Part shown: one piece after another, positions 1 through 9,989 of the stretch | Numbering within the stretch: position 1 is the stretch's first letter | Layout: each line of letters starts with the position of its first letter | Assembly (NCBI GenBank): GCA_963790025.1 | Contig: CAWBMP010000004.1 | Location: forward strand, 832,001 to 896,000 | DNA from: Nitrospirota bacterium | GTDB taxonomy: Bacteria; Nitrospirota; Thermodesulfovibrionia; Thermodesulfovibrionales; Dissulfurispiraceae | DNA: 64,000 bases | Direction of reading: 5' to 3' | Made by a program: the position numbers and the translations under genes | The notes under the pieces: generated by a model | Told to the model about the DNA's origin: nothing | The model's input: the letters and a program-made list of their open reading frames with translations, nothing else | The model's database searches: none

Positions 1-177
1 TTCATAAATTTTCATGGCATGCAGCATTTCTTCATGATATTGGACCATGAACCAGTTTGCAAAGCCTTTAAGCCCCTCGTGAGTGAAATGGGCAGACATC
101 GACATATAAAGATAAGCTGAATACATTTCGCGGTTTATTTGCTCATTCAAAGCGTCTATCATTTTTTTACTTAGCAT
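1..177 (-). CDS. ftnA: Non-heme ferritin, N-terminal part (runs off window edge)
   Basis: Manual translation MLSKKMIDALNEQINREMYSAYLYMSMSAHF...GFANWFMVQYHEEMLHAMKIYE, a ferritin ferroxidase pattern; GGAGG SD upstream; not in ORF track. Confidence 0.9.
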   Translation of the reverse strand, partial: MLSKKMIDALNEQINREMYSAYLYMSMSAHFTHEGLKGFANWFMVQYHEEMLHAMKIYE

Positions 178-204
178 AATCAATTTCCTCCACACCAATC
201 CTTA

Positions 205-220
205 ATATAATCTATTATAT
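205..220. promoter_or_regulatory. AT-rich inverted repeat upstream of ferritin, candidate Fur/PerR-family operator
   Basis: ATATAAT-CT-ATTATAT perfect 7-2-7 inverted repeat; regulator identity inferred from context only. Confidence 0.4.
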
Positions 221-246
221 CATAAGCGCCAAATAGTTACACATAG

Positions 247-415
247 GGTAGTGGGTCAGTTTGTACTTGTTCCGGATCACCTGGGTTATCAGCAGGGGTA
301 GGTAACGCCCTGCCCACATATCAAGAAAAGGCTGCCAAAGTAATCTTCGGTACGTACTAATGACTCGAAACGAAAAACTATTCGATCCAGAGCCAAAACA
401 AACTGACCCACTACC
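247..415. mobile_element. MITE-like element with IS1-family-like ends (169 bp)
   Basis: Perfect 18-bp TIR GGTAGTGGGTCAGTTTGT / ACAAACTGACCCACTACC; related copies at 20180 and 63576. Confidence 0.75.
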
Positions 416-542
416 AATTTTTGACTGGTGAGGAGAAATAATTTGGCGTTGACCTGAAACCTCATTTGCACCGTATATAAAAGCCTTGTTATACTGTTAC
501 AGTTTTTTTATCCCATGTTATTAAACGAGGTTACGGGTTCTT

Positions 543-1535
543 ATGTATAGGTCCAAATTATCAGGTGCAGCGTATCGAGGGGTGCTGTTTTTCGTTGGCG
601 GCTTACTGGCAGCGCTATGCATTTTGCCGGGTTGCAGCCGTCCGGACCAGAATCGGGTGCAGGGGTATGTGGAAGGAGAGTTCGTTTACGTCGCTTCACC
701 GCTGGCGGGCGCATTAGAGAAACTACATGTGCAGCGTGGAGATCAGGCGAAGGCGAACGACCTCCTTTTCACTCTGGATCGTGAGCCGGAAAAAGAGTCG
801 AGGGACGAAGCTGAACGACGGCTTACGCAGGCCCGCTCGAATTTGGAGGATGCGAAGAAAGGCAAACGGCCCACAGAAATTGAATCAGCCGAAGCACAAT
901 TGCAGCAGGCACAGGCAGCTCTGGTGCTTTCAGAGAAAGAACTGGCCCGGCAGGAAAAACTCCTGAGGACCGCAGCGTCTTCCATGCAGGACGTTGACCG
1001 CGCACGAGCGACCCGGGACCAGGACCGCCAACGGGTGGCCCAACTCGGGGCCGATCTGGTAACAGCCCATCTCGGCTCCCGCAGCGACCAGATCGCAGCT
1101 GCGGCAGCCAACATGAAGGCGACGGAAGCAACACTGGCCAGGGCGGAATGGGACCTCTCGCAAAAAAGCCAGGCCGCGCCGCAGGCCGGTTTGATTTATG
1201 ACACGCTCTACCGGCAGGGTGAATGGGTCAACGCAGGCCGTCCTGTCGTAGTGCTATTGCCCCCTCAGAATATCAAGGTCCGTGCGTTTGTGCCGGAAAC
1301 GCGAATAAGCGCAATTCACCAGGGCGACAAGGTCAAGGTCACCGTGGACGGCGTGCGCGAGTCGTTCATCGGGAAAGTAAGTTTCATATCGCCTCAGGCG
1401 GAATACACCCCTCCGGTGATTTATAGCCAAGAGAGCAGAGGCAAGCTGGTCTTCATGATAGAGGCGAGATTTGATCCCGAAACCTCGGCCAAATTGCATC
1501 CAGGTCAGCCGGTGGATGTGCAGTTCGGGTTCTGA
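543..1535 (+). CDS. HlyD-family periplasmic adaptor (YbhG-like)
   Basis: Signal/lipobox-like N-terminus, QGYVEGE, long coiled coil, AEYTPPVIYS motif. Confidence 0.9.
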   Translation: MYRSKLSGAAYRGVLFFVGGLLAALCILPGCSRPDQNRVQGYVEGEFVYVASPLAGALEKLHVQRGDQAKANDLLFTLDREPEKESRDEAERRLTQARSNLEDAKKGKRPTEIESAEAQLQQAQAALVLSEKELARQEKLLRTAASSMQDVDRARATRDQDRQRVAQLGADLVTAHLGSRSDQIAAAAANMKATEATLARAEWDLSQKSQAAPQAGLIYDTLYRQGEWVNAGRPVVVLLPPQNIKVRAFVPETRISAIHQGDKVKVTVDGVRESFIGKVSFISPQAEYTPPVIYSQESRGKLVFMIEARFDPETSAKLHPGQPVDVQFGF

Positions 1536-1537
1536 GT

Positions 1538-2464
1538 ATGGCAAAGAACTTCGCCATCGATGTGCATGGAATGACCAAACGTTTCGGCGACTTGACAGCC
1601 GTCAATAATGTCGAACTGCAGGTGGGCACGGGTGAAATATGCGGCTTTCTTGGCCCGAACGGCAGCGGGAAAACAACGTTTATTCGCATGCTCTGCGGTC
1701 TCCTTCGGGCCGACGCAGGCAGCGGCATGTGCCTTGGCTATGACATTATCAGGGAGAGCGAAGAAATAAAACTGCAGGTCGGGTACATGACCCAGCGCTT
1801 CAGTTTTTACGAGGACCTGAGCATTTCAGAGAACCTTGATTTTGTTGCACGTATGTATTCCCTGCCCAATCGCCTTAAAGCCGTGGCCGAAAGCATCGAA
1901 CGGCTCGGCCTATCGGAACGGCGCAACCAACTTGCAGGCCAGCTTTCCGGAGGATGGAAACAGCGGCTCGCGCTTGCCGCATGCATGCTTCATGAACCAA
2001 AGCTCCTCCTTCTCGATGAACCAACCGCCGGCGTGGACCCCAAAGCGCGCCGTGAATTCTGGGAAGAGATCCATGAGCTTGCCGACCAGGGGCTTACATT
2101 CCTTATTGCCACGCATTATATGGATGAGGCCGAACGGTGCCATCGGCTTGCCTTCATTTCTTACGGCGACCTGCTCACTCACGGCACGGTCAGCGAGGTC
2201 ATAGCTCAAGCCCATCTTTCGACCTGGTCGGTCAGCGGACCGGATTTGCTCAAGCTGGCCGGGGAATTGCGAGCACGTCACGGCGTAGAGCAGGCCGTTG
2301 TTTTCGGTAGCACTCTTCATGTAAGTGGCGACGACCGTGCTGCGCTCGAACAGGCCATAGATCCATTCCGCACCGTACAATACAATTGGCGCAGTGTCGA
2401 TTCAAGTCTTGAGGACGTTTTCATCCACCTCATGGACGGATCGAGGGAACGGTCATCGTCGTGA
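1538..2464 (+). CDS. ABC-2 type exporter ATP-binding protein
   Basis: Walker A GPNGSGKT, LSGG signature, LLLDEPT. Confidence 0.93.
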   Translation: MAKNFAIDVHGMTKRFGDLTAVNNVELQVGTGEICGFLGPNGSGKTTFIRMLCGLLRADAGSGMCLGYDIIRESEEIKLQVGYMTQRFSFYEDLSISENLDFVARMYSLPNRLKAVAESIERLGLSERRNQLAGQLSGGWKQRLALAACMLHEPKLLLLDEPTAGVDPKARREFWEEIHELADQGLTFLIATHYMDEAERCHRLAFISYGDLLTHGTVSEVIAQAHLSTWSVSGPDLLKLAGELRARHGVEQAVVFGSTLHVSGDDRAALEQAIDPFRTVQYNWRSVDSSLEDVFIHLMDGSRERSSS

Positions 2465-3603
2465 CACGGAAGCTCAGGATTTCACCCGCGCGATTTTGGG
2501 CCATGGTCGTTAAGGAGTTTATCCAGATGCGCCGTGACCGGGTGACCTTCGCCATTATGATCGTTATCCCGCTGATCCAGCTGACGCTTTTCGGCTTTGC
2601 GATCAATGCGGACCCCAAGCACCTTCCTGCCGCCGTACTCCTGGCCGACAACGGCCCGCAGGCCAGGACCATACTTTACGGTCTTAAGAATAGCGATTAC
2701 TTTGATTTCGTCCGGCAGGTAAAGACCGAATCTGAAGGGCGCGACGTGCTTGCACGCGGCGAAGTCCAGTTCGTCATAAACATTCCGAAGAATTTCAGCC
2801 GAGATCTCCTTCGCGGCGACAGGCCCGCAATTCTGATCGAGGCCGATGCGACCGATCCTATTGCCACCGGTAATTCCCTGGGCGCTCTGCGTACCCTGCT
2901 TGACTCTTCTTTGCAAAATGATCTAAAAGGTCCGTTATCGTTCCTCTCAGGGACTAACGGCCCGGTTGATCTGCGCGTCCATGCCCTTTATAATCCCGAG
3001 GTCATCACGCAATATAACATCGTGCCCGGACTGATGGGCGTTGTCCTCCAGATGACAATGGTCATGGTAACAGCACTCGCCATCACCCGCGAGTTGGAGA
3101 GCGGGACCATGGAAAATCTTCTCTCCATGCCCACGCGGCCGATCGAGGTACTTATAGGCAAGATCGTTCCATATATCCTCGTCGGCTACATTCAGTTGAC
3201 CCTCATTCTTGCCGCAGGCCACTTCATTTTTCATGTTCCGATGTTCGGGAATCTATTCCTGTTACTTCTAGTTGCACTTGTTTTCATCATCGCAAACCTT
3301 GCCATGGGCGTCACCTTTTCCACTCTGGCCACAAACCAGCGCCAGGCCATGCAGATGTCGTTTTTTTTCTTTTTGCCGTCACTGCTGCTGTCAGGCTTTA
3401 TGTTTCCCTTCCGCGGCATGCCCCGCTGGGCCCAGGCACTTGGAGAAATCTTTCCGCTCACCCATTTTCTGCGCATCGCCCGCGGCATCGTACTCAAAGG
3501 CAACGGCATGGGAGATGTCGTACCTCAGCTTTGGCAAATTGTCCTGTTTGCAGTAGTCGCGGTGACAGTCGGCGTAAAGCGCTACCGGAGGACACTGGAT
3601 TGA
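2461..3603 (+). CDS. ABC-2 type exporter permease (YbhS/YbhR-like)
   Basis: KEFIQMRRD start, RE(L)ESGTMENLL motif, LSGFMFP, multiple TM helices. Confidence 0.9.
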   Translation: MTRKLRISPARFWAMVVKEFIQMRRDRVTFAIMIVIPLIQLTLFGFAINADPKHLPAAVLLADNGPQARTILYGLKNSDYFDFVRQVKTESEGRDVLARGEVQFVINIPKNFSRDLLRGDRPAILIEADATDPIATGNSLGALRTLLDSSLQNDLKGPLSFLSGTNGPVDLRVHALYNPEVITQYNIVPGLMGVVLQMTMVMVTALAITRELESGTMENLLSMPTRPIEVLIGKIVPYILVGYIQLTLILAAGHFIFHVPMFGNLFLLLLVALVFIIANLAMGVTFSTLATNQRQAMQMSFFFFLPSLLLSGFMFPFRGMPRWAQALGEIFPLTHFLRIARGIVLKGNGMGDVVPQLWQIVLFAVVAVTVGVKRYRRTLD

Positions 3604-5168
3604 CAATAATTGAACCCACAGAGCACACAGAGAAAATGATTAATTTAAAGAACAAGACTCAAAGACTTAGAGTAACCAGAGAAAAAACTCTGAGCTCTCT
3701 ATGGCTTTGTTTTTTGACGCTACAGGGAAGAATCTCTGTGCACTCTGTGGTTTTAGGTGTTTTACAATGCTCGGTACTTTTGATGCTTTGCTCTTGCGCC
3801 GTCGGGCCAAACTATGAAAGGCCCGATGTAAAGGACCTCACTCCAACGGACTGGCACTGGAAAATTGCAGAGCCAAAGGATGCGATTGCCAAAGGGCAAT
3901 GGTGGACGATTTTCAAAGATCCGGTCCTTGATGAACTGGAAACCGGCGCTGTTGCCAACAATCAAAATCTTCGCGCTGCAGTGGCCCGCGTAGATGAAGC
4001 ACGTGCTGCGGCAAGGCTGAGTCGCAGCCAGTTTTTTCCGGAGCTGTCTCTCAATCCTTCATACAGCCGGCAGCGGACTTCTGCTAACCAGCCGATTGCT
4101 TTCCCGATCCCGCCGCAGTTCAAGTTGACCTCCTTGACCCTGAATTCCTTCAATGCACCATTCGATTTGAGTTATGAAGTCGACCTGTGGGGCCAGGTCC
4201 GCCGCTCTTTGGAATCTGCTCAGGCCCAGGCCCAGGCCAGCCTTGCCGATTATCAAAATGTGCTCCTCACGCTCATTTCCGATGTTGCGGTGAATTATTT
4301 CGCGGCCAGGTCATTTGATGCCGAAATTGCCATATTACGGCGAACTATAGATCTGCGCGATGAATCCGCCCACATTTTGACTGACCGTTTTATCATCGGC
4401 ACTGTTTCAGAAAGCGATCTCGCCCAGGCAAAAACCGAACTTGCGAATGCCAGGGCGGATTTGGCAGATACAATTCGCCAGCGCGCCGAAACCCTCAATG
4501 CCATCGCACTCCTTTGCGGCAAACCCGCAAGTTCATTCGAAATCCGCGAAAACCCGCTGACATCTTCGCCGCCTATTGTCCCGGCAGGACTGCCATCATC
4601 GCTTCTCGAACGGAGGCCGGACATTGCAAGGGCTGAAAGAAACCTGGCTTCAAAAAACGAACAAATAGGGGTCGCGACGGCTGCCTACTTTCCAGTCCTT
4701 CACCTGACGGGGCAGGCCGGATATCTGAGCAACAAAGTGGATAGCCTGTTTGCGGATGCCAGCCGGATCTGGTCGTTTGGGCCTGGCGTCAGCCTGCCGT
4801 TGTTTACCGGAGGACGCATTGCCGCCGGGGTCGATCAGGCAAATGCATCTTACCGGGAATCTCTTGCCGATTACCGGCAAACCGTGCTCACAGCTTTTAA
4901 AGAGGTTGAGGATTCTCTGGCGCAAATTGCCCTCAGAAATGAACAAGCCGCTGCCGAGAACGAGGCCCTTGCCTCAGCGGAACGCGTATATGAACTGGCA
5001 AAAGCACGATACGAGGCGGGTGCAATCAGCCATTTTGAACTGGTGGATGCCGAAAGAAACAAGCTTCAGTACGAACGCCTGAAAGTGCAGATAGAAGGCC
5101 AACGTTTCGCCGCCAGCGTACGGCTGATCAAAGCACTGGGGGGCGGATGGGAAGGAGAAGGACAATAG
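3600..5168 (+). CDS. NodT/TolC-family outer membrane efflux lipoprotein
   Basis: Lipobox LCSC-AVGP, SYEVDLWG, LLERRPDI, LIKALGGGW; TTG start at 3600 has a GGAGGA SD and overlaps the permease stop. Confidence 0.88.
   Translation: MTIIEPTEHTEKMINLKNKTQRLRVTREKTLSSLWLCFLTLQGRISVHSVVLGVLQCSVLLMLCSCAVGPNYERPDVKDLTPTDWHWKIAEPKDAIAKGQWWTIFKDPVLDELETGAVANNQNLRAAVARVDEARAAARLSRSQFFPELSLNPSYSRQRTSANQPIAFPIPPQFKLTSLTLNSFNAPFDLSYEVDLWGQVRRSLESAQAQAQASLADYQNVLLTLISDVAVNYFAARSFDAEIAILRRTIDLRDESAHILTDRFIIGTVSESDLAQAKTELANARADLADTIRQRAETLNAIALLCGKPASSFEIRENPLTSSPPIVPAGLPSSLLERRPDIARAERNLASKNEQIGVATAAYFPVLHLTGQAGYLSNKVDSLFADASRIWSFGPGVSLPLFTGGRIAAGVDQANASYRESLADYRQTVLTAFKEVEDSLAQIALRNEQAAAENEALASAERVYELAKARYEAGAISHFELVDAERNKLQYERLKVQIEGQRFAASVRLIKALGGGWEGEGQ
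3616..3750. repeat. Palindromic element inside the 5' end of the OMF gene
   Basis: CCACAGAGCACACAGAGA ... TCTCTGTGCACTCTGTGG (16/18 inverted), span 135 bp = 45 codons. Confidence 0.7.
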
Positions 5169-5182
5169 TGGAGAGGGAGAAT

Positions 5183-5767
5183 ATGAAACTGAAAATTGGT
5201 GTCATGGGATCAGCAACCGAAAGCTTTTCGAAAAGCTATAATAAGACCGCTTACAAACTCGGACATGCCATAGCTCAAAACAACTGCATTACAATTACAG
5301 GGGCCTGCCCTGGCCTGCCTCTTGAAGCTGCAAAAGGGGCACATGAGGCAGGCGGTCTCGTAGTGGGTATTTCGCCGGCTTTGAGCGAATGGGAACACGT
5401 AAACCAATTTAATTCGCCCCTGGAATACCATGACATCCTCATATTTACGGGAAGCGGACTTATGGGAAGAGAGGTGGTAAATATACGGACCTCTGACATA
5501 GTGATCATTCTGGGTGGCCGTTCAGGCACCCTCGGCGAGTTCTCTATCGCTTACGACGAGGGCAAATTGATAGGAGTTCTTCAAGGCACCGGAGGTATTA
5601 CCTCTGCATTAAAGGATATAGTTAAAATAATAAAAAAGAGGACCGGTACCCATATCATGTATGATAAAGATCCCCTGGTCCTCGTCAAAAGTCTTATTTA
5701 TTATTTCAGGAAAGAGCACTACAAACATCCTAGTGTTCATCACGCCTTGGATCTGGACAATAAATAG
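5183..5767 (+). CDS. LOG/SLOG-family Rossmann-fold protein (TIGR00725-like)
   Basis: KIGVMGS, ITGACPG, GGRSGTLGEFSIAY motifs. Confidence 0.8.
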   Translation: MKLKIGVMGSATESFSKSYNKTAYKLGHAIAQNNCITITGACPGLPLEAAKGAHEAGGLVVGISPALSEWEHVNQFNSPLEYHDILIFTGSGLMGREVVNIRTSDIVIILGGRSGTLGEFSIAYDEGKLIGVLQGTGGITSALKDIVKIIKKRTGTHIMYDKDPLVLVKSLIYYFRKEHYKHPSVHHALDLDNK

Positions 5768-5836
5768 AAAACCTTTGGGTATAAAGTCGACACAGGAGCG
5801 GCCCTATAATGTGCTATTAAAAAGTCGAATATAGAC

Positions 5837-6673
5837 ATGGAAAAGTTTATGCCTTTTGCGATGTCCTTTAATCCCGTAACAAAGTATACCACAGAAGATA
5901 TATGGTTCATTTTCCGTGGAGATAAATTGTTGGTCAAGCCAGCTGTGACCGGCGTTGATATTCCCAAATCAGAAGATATAACGAGGTTAAATCGGAATAT
6001 AACCGGGATGCACTACTACATTGGAGCGTTCTACGGGGCCAAATGTTTTGCGGCTGAAATAGACGGGGATGCGGGTGATCTTAAAGGGATGTTTTTTTAT
6101 GAATTGCGTCAGGTTTTGGGCCTCCTTGATGAGGACCTTTTCCACGTTGCAGGCAGGGCTTTTCAAATTCTCCATTGGGAACGCACCCATCAATTTTGCG
6201 GCAGATGTGGAAGCCGCACCGTACCAAAAGATGAAGAAAGGGCAAAGGCATGTCCGCAGTGCGGTCTTATAATTTACCCGGAAATATTTCCGGCAATCAT
6301 AGTGGCTGTGATTAGAGGACAGAAGATACTTCTCGCCCAATCTCATCGTTTCCGGGGGGTATTTTATAGTGTATTGGCAGGCTTTGTGGAACCCGGTGAA
6401 ACCTTTGAAGAGACTGTGAGAAGAGAAGTGAGGGAAGAGGTGGCAATCGAGGTCAAAAATATACATTACTTCGGAAGCCAGCCCTGGCCGTTTCCCAATT
6501 CGTTAATGGTCGGTTTTACAGCTGACTACGACAGTGGGAAAATTAAGATTGACGAGTCCGAAATTGCAGAGGCCAGGTGGTTTTCGTCAAATAATCTGCC
6601 ACCCCTGCCGCGTAAGGGTACTATTGCGCGCAGGCTTATAGATTACTTTAAAGAAAGGGCGAAGCAACAATAG
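5837..6673 (+). CDS. nudC: NAD(+)/NADH diphosphatase
   Basis: Zn ribbon CGRC...CPQC, Nudix box GFVEPGETFEETVRREVREEV, SQPWPFP. Confidence 0.93.
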   Translation: MEKFMPFAMSFNPVTKYTTEDIWFIFRGDKLLVKPAVTGVDIPKSEDITRLNRNITGMHYYIGAFYGAKCFAAEIDGDAGDLKGMFFYELRQVLGLLDEDLFHVAGRAFQILHWERTHQFCGRCGSRTVPKDEERAKACPQCGLIIYPEIFPAIIVAVIRGQKILLAQSHRFRGVFYSVLAGFVEPGETFEETVRREVREEVAIEVKNIHYFGSQPWPFPNSLMVGFTADYDSGKIKIDESEIAEARWFSSNNLPPLPRKGTIARRLIDYFKERAKQQ

Positions 6674-6744
6674 AGATGATTGAATGGGCTGCAGTCTTCT
6701 TGTCATCAGACCACCAGAAGTCTCGGAACGGAAATACGCCACCC

Positions 6745-6925
6745 TCTTTCATGGTCGCAAACTGATGTTCGAGAGCTTTCGGGTCTTTCGACCGCAATTC
6801 GCTCATTTGTGAAAACATGGGATCCGGAAAAATGTCTTCCTGCCCGCGACGATGCCGTTTAAAATTTTTCCATAGGTACCTGCTGACTGGCTTTAGGCAT
6901 GTCAAGGTTACGGTTCATGTCCCTT
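6745..6925 (-). pseudogene. Frameshifted C-terminal remnant of an SDR-family oxidoreductase
   Basis: Across frames reads DMNRNLDMPKAS / ILNGIV / GQEDIFPDPMFSQMSELRSKDPKALEHQFA, resembling SDR C-termini; no N-terminus; boundaries approximate. Confidence 0.5.
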
Positions 6926-7193
6926 CACATCTGCTTGTATTTTCTGCATATCTCTTATCACAAGAGTAATTTATTGTGCTACTCTTATAATTTCTAATTG
7001 ACAATAATATTTATTATATGATATTAATTATTGGTAATAAATTTTCTTGCTTGGCTTAAAAAACAGAACTGCAGGGCGTTAGGAAGCTATGGATAAGTCG
7101 ACAGTCATTCTGAATTCGGAAAGGACTTTGCAAAAAAAATAATTAATAGTATGACTCAAAATTCGTATGAATAAAAGAAAGGAGGGAGATAAG

Positions 7194-7310
7194 ATGGCAA
7201 AACAAGGAGCACATTACAGTTGTAACATCTGCGGGAATGAGGTACAGGTTATAAAAGAAGGAGCTGGCACCCTCGTCTGCTGCGGACAACCGATGAAGCA
7301 GATGGGCTGA
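7194..7310 (+). CDS. Desulforedoxin (38 aa)
   Basis: [38 protein letters not shown] with CxxC...CC motif; strong GGAGG SD; below ORF track cutoff. Confidence 0.9.
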   Translation: MAKQGAHYSCNICGNEVQVIKEGAGTLVCCGQPMKQMG

Positions 7311-7342
7311 CAATTAACCGAATAAAACAAAAAGGAAAGATT

Positions 7343-7558
7343 ATGAAAAAAGTGCTAGTTGCATACTACAGCAGAACAGGCATGACAGAAAAGATGGCAG
7401 AAAATATTGCCGAGGGCATACGTTTCAGCGGCAATGATGTCGTAATTAAAAAAATCTCCGATCTGAAATCAGAAAAGGATTTCGCGATGAGTATTTTTGA
7501 GGGTGTGGCCTCTCTTTTTTCAGCGGCCATTCCCTGTCTTACCTTGTTCACTGGATAG
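7343..7558 (+). pseudogene. Truncated flavodoxin-like gene
   Basis: VLVAYYSRTGMTEKMAENIAEG FMN P-loop; similarity appears to stop near residue 47; only 71 aa. Confidence 0.65.
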
Positions 7559-7815
7559 CTTTGAAACAGTTTCTCTAGTGTTGATTTTCAAAATAACCCG
7601 ACGGGGTTGACCAAGTTGCGGCTTATATTTGTTTTCAAAAATAATCGAAACCCGGATTTTGGCACTTTCTTTCGGAAATCCCTCCCATTTGCAGCCTTTT
7701 GAACCTATCGCTAATTCAGTTAAATAGGAATCGGGGAGCGGGTGTTTTTTGGTTTGCGGGCAGAAGCGGGGCCGGAATGGGTAAAGCTTATCTGATAATG
7801 TGGTATCATTTAACA

Positions 7816-8451
7816 ATGATTGAATGGACTGTATACATAAAGATATTCACCACCCTGCTGGCGATAGTAAACCCGCTTGGGGTGATTCCGATCTTTGTCA
7901 GCCTTACGAGTGATCTGGCTGATCAGCAGCGTAAGCGAATTGCGCGCACTACAAGTACAGCCGTTGCCGTAATCCTGATCGTGGCCACCCTGTTTGGCAA
8001 GCCGCTGCTTAATTTTTTCGGTGTCAGTATTGCCTCATTCAAGGTCGGCGGCGGGATTCTCTTAATGCTGATGGCTGTCGACATGATGCAGGCCAAATAT
8101 ACACAAGGCAAACAAACCCCTGAAGAGGCAAAAGAAGCCGAGGAGAAGGAGAGCATTGCCGTAGTGCCGATTGCCATGCCGCTATTGGCGGGTCCGGGCG
8201 CAATATCCAGTGTAATAATATACGCTGATCAGGCATTTCAGCCGTTGCATATTAGTCTGATAATCGTCAGCAGCGTGCTGGTTGCGCTGTTAACATTGGG
8301 CGCACTGAGTATCGCTAACCCGGTAAGCAAAGCGCTGAAAAAAACGGGGATCAATATTGCAACGCGTCTGATGGGCCTCCTGCTGGCGGCCATTGCAATA
8401 GAATTTATTACCGGCGGCTTGGTCCATCTGCTTCCGGGACTGGCAAAATAG
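7816..8451 (+). CDS. MarC-family membrane protein
   Basis: IVNPLGVIPIF, VPIAMPLLAGPGAI, RLMGLLLAAIAIE. Confidence 0.92.
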   Translation: MIEWTVYIKIFTTLLAIVNPLGVIPIFVSLTSDLADQQRKRIARTTSTAVAVILIVATLFGKPLLNFFGVSIASFKVGGGILLMLMAVDMMQAKYTQGKQTPEEAKEAEEKESIAVVPIAMPLLAGPGAISSVIIYADQAFQPLHISLIIVSSVLVALLTLGALSIANPVSKALKKTGINIATRLMGLLLAAIAIEFITGGLVHLLPGLAK

Positions 8452-8461
8452 ACCTGTTGGG

Positions 8462-9736
8462 TTATAGATTCCCTCGTAGCCTCTCCGCTTCGAGAACCCG
8501 TCTTATAGCCAGCTGGTAAGCGGATCTTCTCATCCTGCAGCATTTTTCACTGCATGCGGCATACACATCGTTAAAAGCGCTTACCATGATATGTTTCAGG
8601 TTCCGCAGGACCTTTTCTTCCGACCAGTAGCTGCCATTGAGGTTTTGGCTCCATTCAAAATAACTCACTGCCACTCCGCCTGCGTTTGCGAGCACATCCG
8701 GAATAACCATTATATTTTTGTCGAAGAAGATTTTATCCGCATCTATCGTAGTCGGTGCATTGGCCAGTTCGAGGATAATCCCGGACCTTACATTGTCTGC
8801 ATTGCCACTGTGGAGTTGGTCGGAAAGGGCAGCGGGCACAAGGATATCACAATCACATGCCAGCAGTTCCTCATTAGTAATGTTCCTAGTGCTTTTATAA
8901 TTGAGAAGGCTCCCTTTTGATTCCTGGTAATGTATTACCCCCGGCATATCCAGCCCGGCCGGGTCTATGATGCCCCCTTCTATCGCGCTTACCGCAACTA
9001 CTCTGTATCCCATCTCAAAAAAAAGACGCGCCGCATTTTTCCCCACATTGCCGAATCCCTGGATCGCAACTCTGGTCTTGCTTCTTTCCATTCCCGTTTT
9101 CTTCATCGCCTCTTCAAGAACATAGATGCCTCCGAGGGCAGTGGAATAATTCCTCGTCTTCGTTCCTCCCAGCTCAACCGGTTTTCCAGTAACGACAGCC
9201 GGCACATGTTCACTCTGTATTCTTTCGAACTCATCCATGATCCAGACCATTATTTTTTCGTCGGTAAAAACGTCGGGCGCCGGGATGTCCTTGAAGGGGC
9301 CGATAAAGTTATTTATTGCCCGGATGTACCCCCGCGTCAACTGCTCCAGCTCATTTTTGCTGAGTTCCCTTGGGTCCACGACTACCCCGCCCTTTGAACC
9401 TCCGAAAGGAATATTTACCACCGCGCATTTTAGCACCATCAAAAACGCCAGGTCCTTTACGTGATCAATCGTCAAGTCGGGATGAAACCTTATCCCGCCC
9501 TTGGCCGGCCCTCTAGCATCGTTGTACTGAACACGATGCCCTATGAACATCCTCGTTTTCCCCGTGTCCATTCTGACCGGAAAATGCACTGTGAAGGAGC
9601 GCCTCGGCATAGCAAGCAATTCCAGTTCCTCCGCCGCCAGTTCCATGTCGGTATAAAGTTCACTAATTTCCTGCATGAACAGCTTGCAGATGTTTCTATC
9701 ATCGATATGTATTCTTTCATGCAAATTAGTTATCAT
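8462..9736 (-). CDS. gdhA: Glu/Leu/Phe/Val dehydrogenase, probably glutamate dehydrogenase
   Basis: GPAKGGIRF, GGSKGG, DIPAPDV, QGFGNVG, NAGGVAVSYFEW; SD before ATG 9736. Confidence 0.9.
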   Translation of the reverse strand: MITNLHERIHIDDRNICKLFMQEISELYTDMELAAEELELLAMPRRSFTVHFPVRMDTGKTRMFIGHRVQYNDARGPAKGGIRFHPDLTIDHVKDLAFLMVLKCAVVNIPFGGSKGGVVVDPRELSKNELEQLTRGYIRAINNFIGPFKDIPAPDVFTDEKIMVWIMDEFERIQSEHVPAVVTGKPVELGGTKTRNYSTALGGIYVLEEAMKKTGMERSKTRVAIQGFGNVGKNAARLFFEMGYRVVAVSAIEGGIIDPAGLDMPGVIHYQESKGSLLNYKSTRNITNEELLACDCDILVPAALSDQLHSGNADNVRSGIILELANAPTTIDADKIFFDKNIMVIPDVLANAGGVAVSYFEWSQNLNGSYWSEEKVLRNLKHIMVSAFNDVYAACSEKCCRMRRSAYQLAIRRVLEAERLRGNL

Positions 9737-9989
9737 TACCAGGCGCCTCCTTCCTATTCTTCGCTTTGAATATTTTACAGGGAAAAACGGGGTCACCGAA
9801 AATCGAAGGTTTTGGGGGTGCTAGTCGGGGTCCCCACCTTCTTAATTCTCGGTATGATGGGAATTATATAATTATTGCTTGGTTTGTTGTCAATTCAATG
9901 GGAGGGGTTGTGCCTGCACTCGATAAATTGTGCTATTGTTAATTAATCCTTATTTATTGCATTATTAAGACAATCGGGATGGTGCTATT

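Noticed and set aside
289..471. 60-aa ORF, and the similar 19928-20278 ORF, both containing VVGQFV
   Set aside because: The shared peptide is just the MITE terminal repeat read in frame, not a gene family
7485..7760. Possible transposase remnant interrupting the flavodoxin
   Set aside because: No terminal repeats or DDE motifs could be identified
9790..9836. Short imperfect hairpin CACCGAAAATCGAAGGTTTTGGGGGTG upstream of gdh
   Set aside because: REP-like but degenerate, with no clear second copy in the window
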